A stretch of 64,000 nt of DNA from Lama guanicoe (Eukaryota): assembly GCA_013239625.1 (NCBI GenBank), contig MU054831.1, positions 1,699,408 to 1,763,407 on the forward strand, given 5' to 3'. This document shows positions 12,365 to 23,490 of the stretch, piece after piece. Below the pieces are notes generated by a model. It saw only the letters and a program-made list of their open reading frames with translations, was not told where the DNA came from and searched no databases. The stretch's first letter is position 1, and each line of letters starts with the position of its first letter. The translations under genes and the position numbers were made by a program.

Positions 12365-12944
12365 TGTTGCTGGAGAGTAGGTTCTTGTCTCGTCCCAGAA
12401 AGAATTCAGAGACGAGACACAGAGGCCAAGAAAGCAAAGCGAGGATTAGTCAGGGGTAAGACCGCTCCCGGGGGCGAGCGACGGACTCCGGCGGGAGCTG
12501 CCCTGAGTTTCTTTGGCGAGCTGGCTGTATGGGGTGTAGGAATAAACAGGCTGAATGTCCACCGGGGAGAGAGGGGTTTGGGGTTGCGTTTCCTGGTTTT
12601 CGCCCACCTTCCCCAGGGCAGGAGGGGTGTCTGTCCTTACTTAGTCTGGATCAGAAGCATCAGTGTCGGTGCAAGACGAGTACTTCTAATCTGCAAGGCT
12701 GGTTCTATCGTGCTGAGGGCATAGTGAGCAAAAGTCACATTGGACGCTGGGGATTCCTGCCTCCTCCCACCTTTGTCTGCCTCAGGACCCTCGTCACCCC
12801 AGAATGTGTGGTTTGCTGTCAGCCTGAAGGTCCCCGCTTCCCTCTGCCTGCCCCGCGGCCCCCGGAGGTCACAGGACGTGCGGCTTCCCACCATTGGGCT
12901 GGTGCCCCCGCCCGCTGCTCGTGTCTAGCGGCCCGCCGCTCTAA
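12365..12944 (-). mobile_element. Solo ERV1-class LTR (MER41/MER50-like ends), antisense to HDAC4
   Basis: Minus-strand 3' end GTCTCGTCTCTGAATTCTTTCTGGGACGAGACAAGAACC...CAGCAACA. Minus-strand 5' end TTAGAGCGGCGGGCCGCTAGACACGAGCA resembles TGTTAGAGTAGG..CTAGACATGAGCA. Right boundary is approximate and no clear target-site duplication was seen. Confidence 0.7.
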
Positions 12945-15900
12945 GGAGGGGACCCTTTGCGAGTGGTCCCGACGTGAGCTGTGCTGCGAGGCGGTGGCCC
13001 TGAGCCGGCCTGGCGCCTTCTCCGCTGTTGGACGGCAGTCTTCTGGGCTGGTTGTGCAGTAAGAGCGAGAGCACAAGTATCCGGCCCTGCCCTGTCCCGG
13101 GGGCTCCAGCGGTGAGCGGCGGTGCTCACGGTGTCCCTGAGGGAGATGTCGAGGCCGGAGCCCGGCCGCCCCTCGTGCCCAGCCCTGCTCTCTGCCGGAG
13201 CCCTGCCCATGGGGACGCTGGGGCGCCCGTGGACACGGCTCTGTGTTGCGAACCGTTGCCCCCACTGCTCCTCCCTCCCAGAAGAGACCGGGCGGCCCGG
13301 TCTGCAGGACTGCTCTCTTTCCCTCCACCCTCCACGCTTCCTCAGTTTCCCCGGATATGGCTGTTCTTCCCCTGAGAGTCTTGTCTCCTCTCTCCGCCTT
13401 CTCCGTGCCCACTGCCTCTGCGGTTCCCCATCACCCCTCCCGCCGCTGCCGGGGAGCCTTTGGGAAGCGCAGAGCTGAGCTGGGGGTTGCTGTTTTCCCC
13501 GGAAGCAGGGACAGTCCCCCACAACTCGCTCCCCGCCCCCAGCCTTAGGGCCTGGCTCGCTCACCTTCCCTCGGGGGACCCACGTGTGGCAGGTGGTTGG
13601 AGCCTGCGGGGCGATGGGGCGCAGGACTGTGACCAGCCCCCAGCTGCGGGGGCACCTGCTCTTCATGTGGCAGGAAGTCGAGGGTGGGAGTGGGGGCGGT
13701 GGACGGTTCCAACGGCCCAGCTCTTTCTAGAAATGACTTCTGGTAAATTTGCATTCCTTTCCTACTGGCCCTGGATGCTTCAGGTCCTCCTGCTGCCTTC
13801 ATTACGCCTGCGCCCTCGCAGGTGCCTCGCAGGCACTTGCTGTGGGATGTTTTCCCATTAAAGCCATCTGGGGAGGGATGGCGCCGGTGTTCCTGCCCTC
13901 ATGGTGTTCACGTTGTCCAGTTAGATGTGTTAGGATGCACACCTGGACCCCGTGTCTGGGTGTCTCCGTGCAGGTGGGGGCCTGAAGGTCAGGGCGGTGG
14001 GTTGGGGGCAGCGGTGGTCACGCCCTGTGTGCCCCGTGTGGTGGTGGGGCCACTTGACTAGAAGGGATGGGGCTGTCCCTTTACGGGAGTGCTTGGGGAC
14101 ACTGGGCTCCGCCACTGGCTTGTCCTAACCTGCAGCCCCCCCTGTGGCCGTCCCGCACCTCTGCTGTCATCAGGTCCTGCCCCTGCTGGACCCGTCTTCC
14201 CAGCTCTGGGTGCAGAAGGAGGGCCGCGCTGCGGAAGCCACTTGCCAAGGCCCCATGTCTGAGGCCCCATGCGGCCCCCCTGTTCTGCCAGTTGGTCTCT
14301 GTGGGCAGGGAGCTACCCCCAGGGGTTCGCAGCCATCTGGGGGGTGCAGGGTGGCACTTCTAAAATGGGCTTTTCTGGAACCCAGGGTCTTACAAGGTGC
14401 TTACACTTACTTTCCTGAAAAGCTGGCCAGAGAAGGCTGGCCCTGGAACCTAAAAACCAGCCGCCCCCAGTCTGTGACTGGGGGGTCCACAGCCCAGGGA
14501 GCGCCTGGACACTCTCTGGGAAGGAAGCTCTGAGAAGACGCCGTCTCCGGGGCTGGCTGGTGGCGGCCCCGGGGCCTGCGGGCCAGGCGGGCAGCCCCGT
14601 TCTATTTCTCGAGGGACGTGCAGCTCCTGTTCGTTACTATTATGTCTTCACAGTAGAACTGCACCTAAAGGGCCTTCCTTCCTGCTGTGTGGAGGGCAGC
14701 GGAAGTTGGGCGTTCTCTTTCCTCCCGGGCGCCCTACGGGCTCTGCTTTGAGTGCTGCTGGGCTCTCAGAATCCACCGGAAACATGGCCTCCTGGCTCCT
14801 GGGAGCTTGCCTCCGCCCTACCCCATTCCAAGAAAAAGAGAAGCCGACAAAGCCAGTATCTTCCCTCTCTCGTTACCCCCCCCCACAGCTGGCAGCAGGG
14901 AAATCGGGGTGTTCTGAATTGCACACGCTATTTGACTGGCGCACTGTTTAATGTCCAGGTGGGATCCTGTTATCTGCTCTTCTGGAACTAAAGAGATTTT
15001 TAAATAAGGGCGGGGGGCCTGTACTTCTCAGCCCCTGTGGGGCCCAGGGCTGCGCCGGCGGAGGCCCGGGCTCTGGTCCAGGCCGGCCCGGCAGGTTTCT
15101 TGGCTTAGCGCTTGCTGCGCTCCGGGCCGGAGGTGTTTATCCTCTCCTGCCCTTCTCAGCACGGGTGCCCTCGCTGGCCTTTGCGTCACTCTGTGAGCAA
15201 ACAACAAACGCTGACAGGGTTCTGTCCTCGCCCCGAAGAGCAGCCAGAGCCCTTTGTTTACCGGGCGGCTGGCGGGGCTCGCTGGGCCGCCTGCACAGGT
15301 GTCCTGGGGGGGCCCCCGCCAGCGCTGCTGGGCCCCCGGGCGCCTCACCGCACAGCCCTGAGCCAGGGCCCACCTGCCTGCCCGCCCCGCGGCGGGGGGA
15401 GCAGGCCCCTCGCACCCCCGCCCCCCCGAGCGGGACTGGGCTCTGGGAGCAGAGTTCTGAGGAGCTCTTCGAGTGAAGGCTCTGTTCTCCTGCAGAGGCA
15501 CCCAGCCCGGGTTCAGAGCTGGGCAGACTCTCTGCAGCTGAGCCCTTTTTCTGGAAGGTGCTGGTGGATGTTTTAAATCTTCTTATGAGATTTCAAACGT
15601 GTGGCCTTGGAGGAAGGAGCTGCTGAGCGCCCACATAGATGTCTCCACACTGCCCCCACCTGCCACGCAGCGCTGCGAAGTAGAAATTAACCTAAATTAG
15701 CAAGATAATTGTCCCTGTGTTAATTGCAGGTTGTCCTTCAGAGCTGTTTTCCTTTGCGAGGTCTCAGCAGTGGGCTGGCTTCGGGCCCTCCCGGGCCTTC
15801 CTGCACGTTGGCACCCAGAGCCACCATTCCAGAAAGGAGCGGTTGAATTCCGTCGTTCCCCGAGCCGTCCACTGGCCCCACAGACGCCTCTGATGATGCT

Positions 15901-16520
15901 CTCTCGAGCCCTCAGTATTGGGTGGGTGTCCCCCACACCCCTCGCCCCAGTGTCCTCCCAGCCCCCGCCAGGGCTGTGAGGTTCTCTCTCAACACAGGCG
16001 ACATAAACAAACACCGGCTATTTTCAGCACACCCGGTTGGTGTCACAGCTGTTAGGGCCTGTCCTCTGGCCAGCGTGGCCGGCCCCCAGCCCTGCACTTG
16101 GCCCTGGCTGGCCGGGCCCAGCTCTGGCAGGCAGCGAGGACCTAAAACCTTCTTTCCTTGCCATGGTTTCTGGCTTTCTTGCAACACCCCTGGCACTTGG
16201 AACAGGCAGCTGGACGAGGACGGTGTCCAGGAGGGCCCTGGGGATGATTCTGCCGGGGTTTTCTTTGTTTAGAACTTGAGTTTCTGCTTGGAAGCACTCA
16301 GCTGGAATGTGGGGCTGTATCTGTCCTCTGTGACACCAGCAGGCCGAGGCGGGGCTTCTGAGCCGCTTTTCTTCATCTGTCATAAATAAAACAAAGTATA
16401 AAACCCTTAAAGTAAAACCTCAACCTGAGTCTTCCCTGTGCGGTGAATAGTCGCTGAACGAGTACTGTAGCCCCTCCCCTTCCCAGTGGCCATGCAGAGA
16501 CAGCGTAGTAACAGGACGTA

Positions 16521-16591
16521 GTGTGTGTGCGTGAGTGCGCACGCGTGCGCACATGCATGTGTGAGTGTGTGTGCATGCACACGTGTGTGTA
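16521..16591. repeat. Alternating purine-pyrimidine tract containing the 18-bp palindrome GTGCGCACGCGTGCGCAC (16535-16552)
   Basis: Read directly. Confidence 0.9.
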
Positions 16592-17569
16592 GACGACCCT
16601 CCATGGCTGCAGCTCGCCCTGGCCCGGCCTGCCTGTCCGTCTGCTTGCTCTGAATACCTTCCCTCCGAATCCCGTGTCCTTCCAAACGCTGAGTGATGTT
16701 GAAGGCCCCCAGGGCCATGGGTTTCACTCCCCACAGAGACGGGTCCTTCAAGCAGGTGCCGTGGGCTGCTCTTTGTCCTGCCCTGTGTGCCCCGTTGTCA
16801 TTACTGCTGGTGACTCCACGTCACTGCTTCAGTGTGTCCTATGTCACAGCTGCTGGGTGTCCCAGAGTCATGGCGCTGGGCATCCCCAGGGCCTGGCTTT
16901 GTTACAGTCAAGGAGTTAACTCAGAAGACAGGGACTCTCATGAGAGTAAGATCTGACAATTCGGAAAATGTTAGCTCACATTTGGAAAAGAAATGATGAA
17001 TTAAACTCGGTAAAATTTGTTGATCCATTTGAGAATTTAAATTAAATTCATCTGTTGATGAAGCTGATTCTTGGAGTCTGAACTTGTGCTGGCTCTTGAC
17101 AGCTTTCTCGGTCTGGGGCGCTCTGGTTGGAGAACAGCACACGTTGCCCGTGGCTGCAGAGCCCCGTCACTTTGCTCTCTAATTCGCTTTACCTAAAGCT
17201 AAAATGTGGAGTAAAGAACTTTCAAAATAACAAGCGGTGAGCCCCCAGAGGGGGCCTTGGCGTGAGGGAAGGGTGTCTGCGAGGCAGGAGTCAGTGTGGG
17301 CTTGCGCGCGGGGGGCAGGGAGCCGAGTGAGCGCAGGGAGCGTCCTCGGGCTGGGCAGAGCCTCCAGGGGTTGGAGTCCTGGGCCCCCCGCCTGGACTGG
17401 GTGACCCTGGGGAGCTGTGTCAGTTCCTTGCGGGCTGGTGTCGAAGTGGGCGAGGACGGGGCCTTTCGGCAGCGCCAGTGCGGGGGGCAGCTGGTCACGG
17501 TATCTTCTGCTTTTATTTCCACTGCCCCCCGCGTGCTGCCTGTCTCCTTGACTCTTAAGTGTCCTTTTG

Positions 17570-17635
17570 TTTGTCTCAGCACAGTGCTGGGCCCATGGTG
17601 GGAATTCAGTAAAGGCTGAATAAAAGAAGAAGGAA
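17570..17635 (+). mobile_element. L2 3' end fragment
   Basis: ctcagcacagtgctgggcccatggtgggaattcagtaaaggctgaataaaag resembles the L2 terminus. Confidence 0.55.
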
Positions 17636-17679
17636 AAACGTTATTTAAAACGTTTGAGGTAGCCTGCTTTGTCTGGGAA

Positions 17680-17715
17680 TACACACACACGCGCGCGCGC
17701 GCACACACACACGTA
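17680..17715. repeat. (AC)5(GC)6(AC)5 compound microsatellite
   Basis: Read directly. Confidence 0.95.
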
Positions 17716-17799
17716 GATGTTACAGCACAAAAAGGTGACGGCAAAGATTGCTCCCCTGAAATTACAACTTGCCTAAGCCAAAAAAAAAGCCGCTCCTTT

Positions 17800-19200
17800 T
17801 GTAGTTAGTGCTTATTAAAAACAACAGCAACAAGAAACTCACGGTCATAAAGGTGACGACGTACGTTTCCTCCTGTAGCTGGTGAAGCTGTCTCTCAGGT
17901 GGAAGGCTGTGGGTTTGTGTGCGGTGCAGGGCAGGCGCCAGCTTCGTTTTCCCTTCCCACTTCGATAACCGTAGTGCAGGAAGCTTTGCTCCCTTTCCGC
18001 AGGGTAGCCCACTGCCCGCTCGGTCATCTGTCGGATCTGGGCTGTTTCTGGCCCCGCTGCCGCCTTCCACTGAGCAGGAGCCGGTCCCCGGCCTGCTTGG
18101 CACCGTCTCCTCTTGTCCGAGCTCTGCCGTGCCTCCCTGCCTGCCCCTCCTGCGAGTGTCCCAGACCGAGTGCGCTGGGCAGGTTCCTTGAAGAAAGCAG
18201 GGTGGGAGTTCGATTGGCATTGCAGTGAACGCGTGGACAAATCTGGGGAGCACTGGCGTCTTGGCAGTACGGGGTCTTCCCCGCTCTTTGCACGCTGCTT
18301 TTTGCACTGACTGGATCTTCTTAAATGTCTTCCAATAGATTTTGGTAATGTTCTCCATAAAGGCCTTGCACCTGTTACGTTAAATTTATTCTTCAGTAGA
18401 TTCTAGGGTTTTTCCCTTGTTATAGATGTAATCTTTTATTTAAAGTAAGTCTTCTGTTGCTAGTACTGTATGGAAATGCAGTTGGTTCTGTGTTTTATTT
18501 TGACGTCCAGCCACTTTCCTAAAACCTTGCCACTCCTAACAGTTTTTCCGTAGGTCTTCAGGGTTTGTGTGAACCGTGGTGCCAAGGGTGCTACCGCCTT
18601 CCTCGTGCTGCTGCTGTGTTTCCTCGTCTGCCTGTGCTGGCCCTGAGCCCCGTTCAGCCTGAGGCAGAGCAGAAAGACGGGGCTTCCTTCTTCCTCCCCC
18701 CCCCGACCCCGGGGCCCCGAGTAGACAGACGTGACACCTTCTCATTTCACTCCTCCTGGTTTTTCAACTTTCTTTATATTTTCAGCTCTTAATTTTGCCT
18801 CCGTCTCTTCAATTAACTTCTTCATAATTGTCCTCTAACTCACCTAATTTTCCTTTTGGTTTTGTATAGGATCTAATGCTTTCACCATCCATTTTTAAAA
18901 TTCATCAATGAGATTTTTTTAATTCATCAATTTTATTTTTGAAAGTCTATTTTGTTCATTTGCCAGAATGATTCATTTTGAGTTTTGTAACTTCCTCTTT
19001 TTTCATTTCTTGATTTGTTTCAGTCATCTTAGTAAATTTTTCATTAACTCAAATCAACATAAGAAAAATGCACACAGGTGGATAAAACACACAATGTGTC
19101 TTAAATTTCGGAAGTGGTGATTCTGTATTCTGTTTCCAGTAACACAAGCGCCTGAGCTGCCTGCCCTTTGATGTTGTTGCTGTCTTTCAGTTATTTCCTC
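17800..19200 (-). mobile_element. Ancient L1 (L1M-type) ORF2 and upstream remnants
   Basis: Minus frame GRPRTAKTPVLPRFVHAFTAMPIELPPCFL resembles L1 ORF2 [30 protein letters not shown]. T-rich antisense L1 texture continues to about 19200. Confidence 0.8.
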
Positions 19201-19521
19201 GTGTGTTCGCTTGCCTTGGCTGGGAGCTCATGTGTGGTTGGTCCTGACATGTGGGAAACGCAGGGTTGAAAGGAAAGATGCTTCTCTTCAGGCAGGACTT
19301 CCACGTGCTCTTTCAGGGACCTGCTGTCGGTGCCTCAGTGGGATACCATCACCCCTCGGGGGGTCCCCGATGGCGCCCGGAACCCGCATCCTGAGCCCAG
19401 CACCGCCGGGGACTCACCGAGGCCACGGCCTCCCTCTAATCAAACAACGTGCAGACCTTAATTGAATGATGCTACGTGGCTAAGCAGCACTAACCGCCTC
19501 TGTGCCCTCGGCGAGTCAGGT

Positions 19522-19690
19522 CCCTGTAACAGACATCGTAATGATGAAAAAGTTTGAAATAGTGCAAGAATGATCAAAGTGTGACCCAGCGACACGAGGT
19601 GAGCAGAGGCCCCTGGAGAAGCGGTGCCGGTAGGCTCCGTGCAGGGTCACCACGAACCTCCACTGTGAGACGCAGTGCCTGCGAAGGTCT
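19522..19690 (+). mobile_element. Tigger1 3' fragment
   Basis: taatgatgaaaaagtttgaaatagtgcaagaatgatcaaagtgtgacccagcgacacgaggtgagca matches the recalled Tigger1 3' region. Confidence 0.8.
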
Positions 19691-19849
19691 TCCGGTTTCC
19701 GGTTCCTTGGAGGGTCCCTTCACTGCCAGTGAGCCCAGCGACACCGCAGGCCCGATACTGTACTCGGAGTCTAGGCTCCCCACAGCACAGGAGCTGTAGG
19801 ACTGACTCTGGCCACACTCTCAGGAGTGTAAGTTTCCAGTGTTTCACAT

Positions 19850-21600
19850 GCCCGGCCTCCAGCCCTTCTGTCCCTCTCCTCTCCTCCCTCCCTCCTCCCC
19901 CACCTCCCTCCCCCAAAGCTGACTTCCACATCCTCCCGGGCAGCTGCCCTGGTCCCACCGGCTTCACAGTCCCGCTCACCTGGCGGAACTCCAGCCCGGG
20001 TTCCAATCCATCGTCTCCCTGACTCCCCTCCCCAAGCAGGTGTGCGCTGCCAGTGCTCCCCAGTCCCACCTAGCGCTCGCCCTCCATTCTCAGCACCTGT
20101 CCTGTCCAGCCTGGGGCCCCCACTCCCAGACGCTTTCTCTGCCCCCTCTCCTGCCCTCTGACCTTGTGCGGGGCCTTCTAGGTGCCCTGGGGGTGGCCGC
20201 AGAGGGGCGGGTGGGGCCTGCATTGCCCGGCACATGGCATGTGGGCATCCTCCCTGCTTTTGGTCTTGTTCCCTCCTCTCGCCGTGACAACCCTCTCATT
20301 TTTCTTGTCTCTGACTTTCCTTCTGAGCCTCTAAATATGCTCTCATCACTTCGCTGAAAAACACGGTGGACCCGGCCTTCCCTGGTGCGGGTCTCCCTCC
20401 TCCGCATTCTGCAGGACCTCGGGCCACGGACGCTCCATGCCCTACTGTCCCAGCAGTGACAGGGCAGACTGGGAGGTGAGGTCGCCTGGGGCCCGTGTCT
20501 CCGGACTCCTGCAAGTCCTCTGGCCCCACCTCCATCCTGCAGCCACCCAGCTTCTGTTCTATGCGCACCTGCCCAGCCTCGCGCAGCCATGACCGTGACC
20601 TCGACCTCGGCTCTCACCTGCCTTTGGCCTCCTGTCTCTCTTCTCTGGATGTGGACGCCCAAGGGCGCCTGATCGGCCTACCCAGGAGGAAGCTGCGGCT
20701 GGGGCAGTGGGGAGTGCTGCCCCTTCTTTCCCCAGGGAGACATCCTGTGATGCTCATCTCCAGCCTCCACACGGGCCCCTTGGTGGAGCTTCCAGCAGCC
20801 ACAGTTGGCCCCAGCATTGGCTCCTCAACGCTCTGTCCTCGGGTTGGCTCGCCGCTCCCAGTTCTCTCCTGCCCTCACACCCAGGAGTCAGAGCCTAGGA
20901 CCCTCGGGCCGCATCCTGAGAGTGCAGCCCGCCTACTGCCGGTGTCCTGTCTCCCATTCACTGTCAGCTCCCTGAAGTTACGTTCGGGGTCCCCCATGCC
21001 CTGTCCTCGGTGGCCGCTCCAGGGGACTCCTTCCAGTCCTCCTCGGTGAGAAGGCGGGGAACATGGGCGTCAGGGGCACTTGCAGCGCTTGGACGTTTGC
21101 GTGAGTGTGGTGGCAGCAGATGGAGCTGCAGTGGCCGGACTGTCCCTGCCACACTCGCCCCTCACCTGCAGCAGGGGTGCTGCCGTGCTGCTGACACCCA
21201 CTTCCACAGCTGACACAGCCCCGTCCCCACGGCAGCATCACCCGGCCCCTCCTGTCCCTGCTCGGCCCAGCCCCCTGCCCAGATGTTCAGCCGAGAGTCC
21301 AGGGGATGCTTTGCATTCTCCTCTTTCACTGGCCCCCGTGTGCAGTTGGGCACCCTTTCCTAGGGCTCCTCGTTCAGAGCTCTGTGGGTCTCACCTGCTT
21401 CTCTCCGTCCACGTCTCCCCGGGCAGCCAGGTGCTGCCCCCACGGGCTCTGAATGGCCGATTGCCCAGCTCAGTCCTCATGAAGGTGAAACCACACAACC
21501 TTACAGCTAAATGCAGCCCTGGAACGTGAAAACAGAGGAGCGGGTGCCGAAGACCACATTCCCTGGCTGTTCCATGCAGGCTCTCCGTCTGCTCTCGGGT
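19850..21600 (+). mobile_element. Highly decayed L2 LINE fragments
   Basis: C/T-rich + strand with L2-like phrases such as ctcttctctggatgtggac and tcatctccagcct. Boundaries are approximate. Confidence 0.4.
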
Positions 21601-22088
21601 CCTTAACTCGTGCGTGTGTGTGTGGCACACGCCCAGGTGTGTCAGGGCCCTTCTCGCTGGGCCGTAGTGGCCTCCCAAACCCGACAATGACTGAGGACCG
21701 TGCTCCAGCGTGTCTGCACCGCGGACTGCAGCCACCAGGCCCCCAGCCTCCGGGCCTTCTCCCCAGCCACTCCCCCTGCGGGAATCCCTCCCTCCTGACC
21801 TCAGGGACCCCTGGGGACTCCCCTTTGTTCAGGTTTTGACCTAAATCTCAGCTCCCCAGAGAAGCCTCTCCAGGCCCAGCCCTACCTGCTCCTCTGCAGG
21901 TGCTTCCCCGGGCTCCATCCCCCTGGATGCTGCTCCCACCACGCCTCAGGGAACCGTCAGATTCCGGAGAGCGGGCTCTGGGCTGTGCTTTCCTGAGCCC
22001 CTGGCCGCCGCCGCAGAGCCGCGTGTGCGTGGACCACTCGTGGATGAAGACGTGCCTGGAGAGAGAGCACATTTTGTCTTTAAGATGG

Positions 22089-22120
22089 TACACACACACA
22101 CACACACGTGTGCACACACA
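22089..22120. repeat. (CA)n microsatellite, interrupted
   Basis: Read directly. Confidence 0.9.
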
Positions 22121-23274
22121 GGGACAAGAGTTGGGAGACTCTTGTGGTCAACTGATAACAATGGGCGCCTTGGGGGACGTTTCCGAAGTCAGCCAGGTGC
22201 TCGGTGTGCCGGCAGGAAGGCGCCGGCGGGCCCCCCGCGGGGCGGGTGTCCTCCCCCGCCTCTGCGGTTGCTCTGAGTGCCCCGTGTGGGGGCCGGAGGC
22301 GGGTGAGCGGCCCCAGTGTTGTCTGTCGTGTGCTCTGCGCCCGGCTCTGCTCCGGGGGACTGGCGGGCTCGGCCTAGACGTGCTCATCCGGAGACAGGTC
22401 CCCTCCTCCACATTCTCGTAGGGTTGGAACAGAGGCGTTCGGGGGTCCGTGGCTGGCTTTCTCTGGCCTCTCGGGTTTGTCCCTGCGCTGGGGCTGTCAG
22501 CATAATTACAAAGCAGAGTGTAAAGCAGTCACCTCGGGATGGCATGATTTGGTTTGTTCTGTTTTGTTTTTTGACCTGCATGTTTCCCAGGGCTGACAGA
22601 GCAGAGCTGCGTGTGTCTCGGGTCTGTAAGAACGTTCGTCAGCATGTGACCAGCTCCTTAGCCGACAAGCCTGGAATCCCAGAGTTCGTGGAGACACGTG
22701 CACTTTGGAGAGAGGGTCCCAGGGTCCCCTTCCCTTTGGTTCACGTCACAGGAGACACTCCTGAGAGGGGGGCACACACTCCACGGACCAGCCTTACTGA
22801 TTCTGAGACGTGCGGAGGGAAGTCCAGAAGTGCTGTGCTCGCAGCTTTTGGCCTCATTTAAAGCATTCGTAAACAGTCCAGGGGGCGCGGAGAAGCCCAG
22901 CGAGAGGGCTTGGCGCTTGTTCTCATTCGCAGAATGAACGCCTCTGTTCAATTACGCAGCCTGGCGCGGCCCCATCCACGGCTCTTCCGGGGAGGGTGCG
23001 GAGACGTTTCACTTCTCCGCCTTCCCGTTTCTCCCCTGTGGCCCGGCTGCCCAGCAGATTTCGGGGCCTACTTGTCACGTGCGCACAGGAGGCCTTCATT
23101 TGTCAGGCCCACTGGCTGCTGCACTGGAGAATTTCTGCCTTTGCTGCTGCTGATCTGGTTTCTTTTTCAAGCTCGCTCCCCCCTGCGCTTGCCCACTCCC
23201 CTGCCTTCTGGTTGGGCAGTCTTCCTCCTGCTCAATCTGGGCAGAGGATTCTGGTTTCTGCCGGGACAGTGAGG

Positions 23275-23490
23275 GAGACTGGCTTTGGAGTCAGCAAGGC
23301 CGGGTCCGATTCCCAGCCTCGCTGCTTAGAAATGGGGAGCATTACTTAGTTTCTTTGAGCCTCGATTTTCCTCATCTGTGAGATGGGTATAAAAGTCCCA
23401 CCTCCTGCGTTTATTGTAAGGCTAAGGGATTGAGTATAAGCTTGTGGCTTGGTGCCAGGTAGACAGTCTGTTCACTGAATCACTAATAAT
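23275..23490 (+). mobile_element. MIR SINE (near full length)
   Basis: ggctttggagtcag...ttcccagc...ttgagcctcgattttcctcatctgtgagatgggtataa... Confidence 0.85.
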
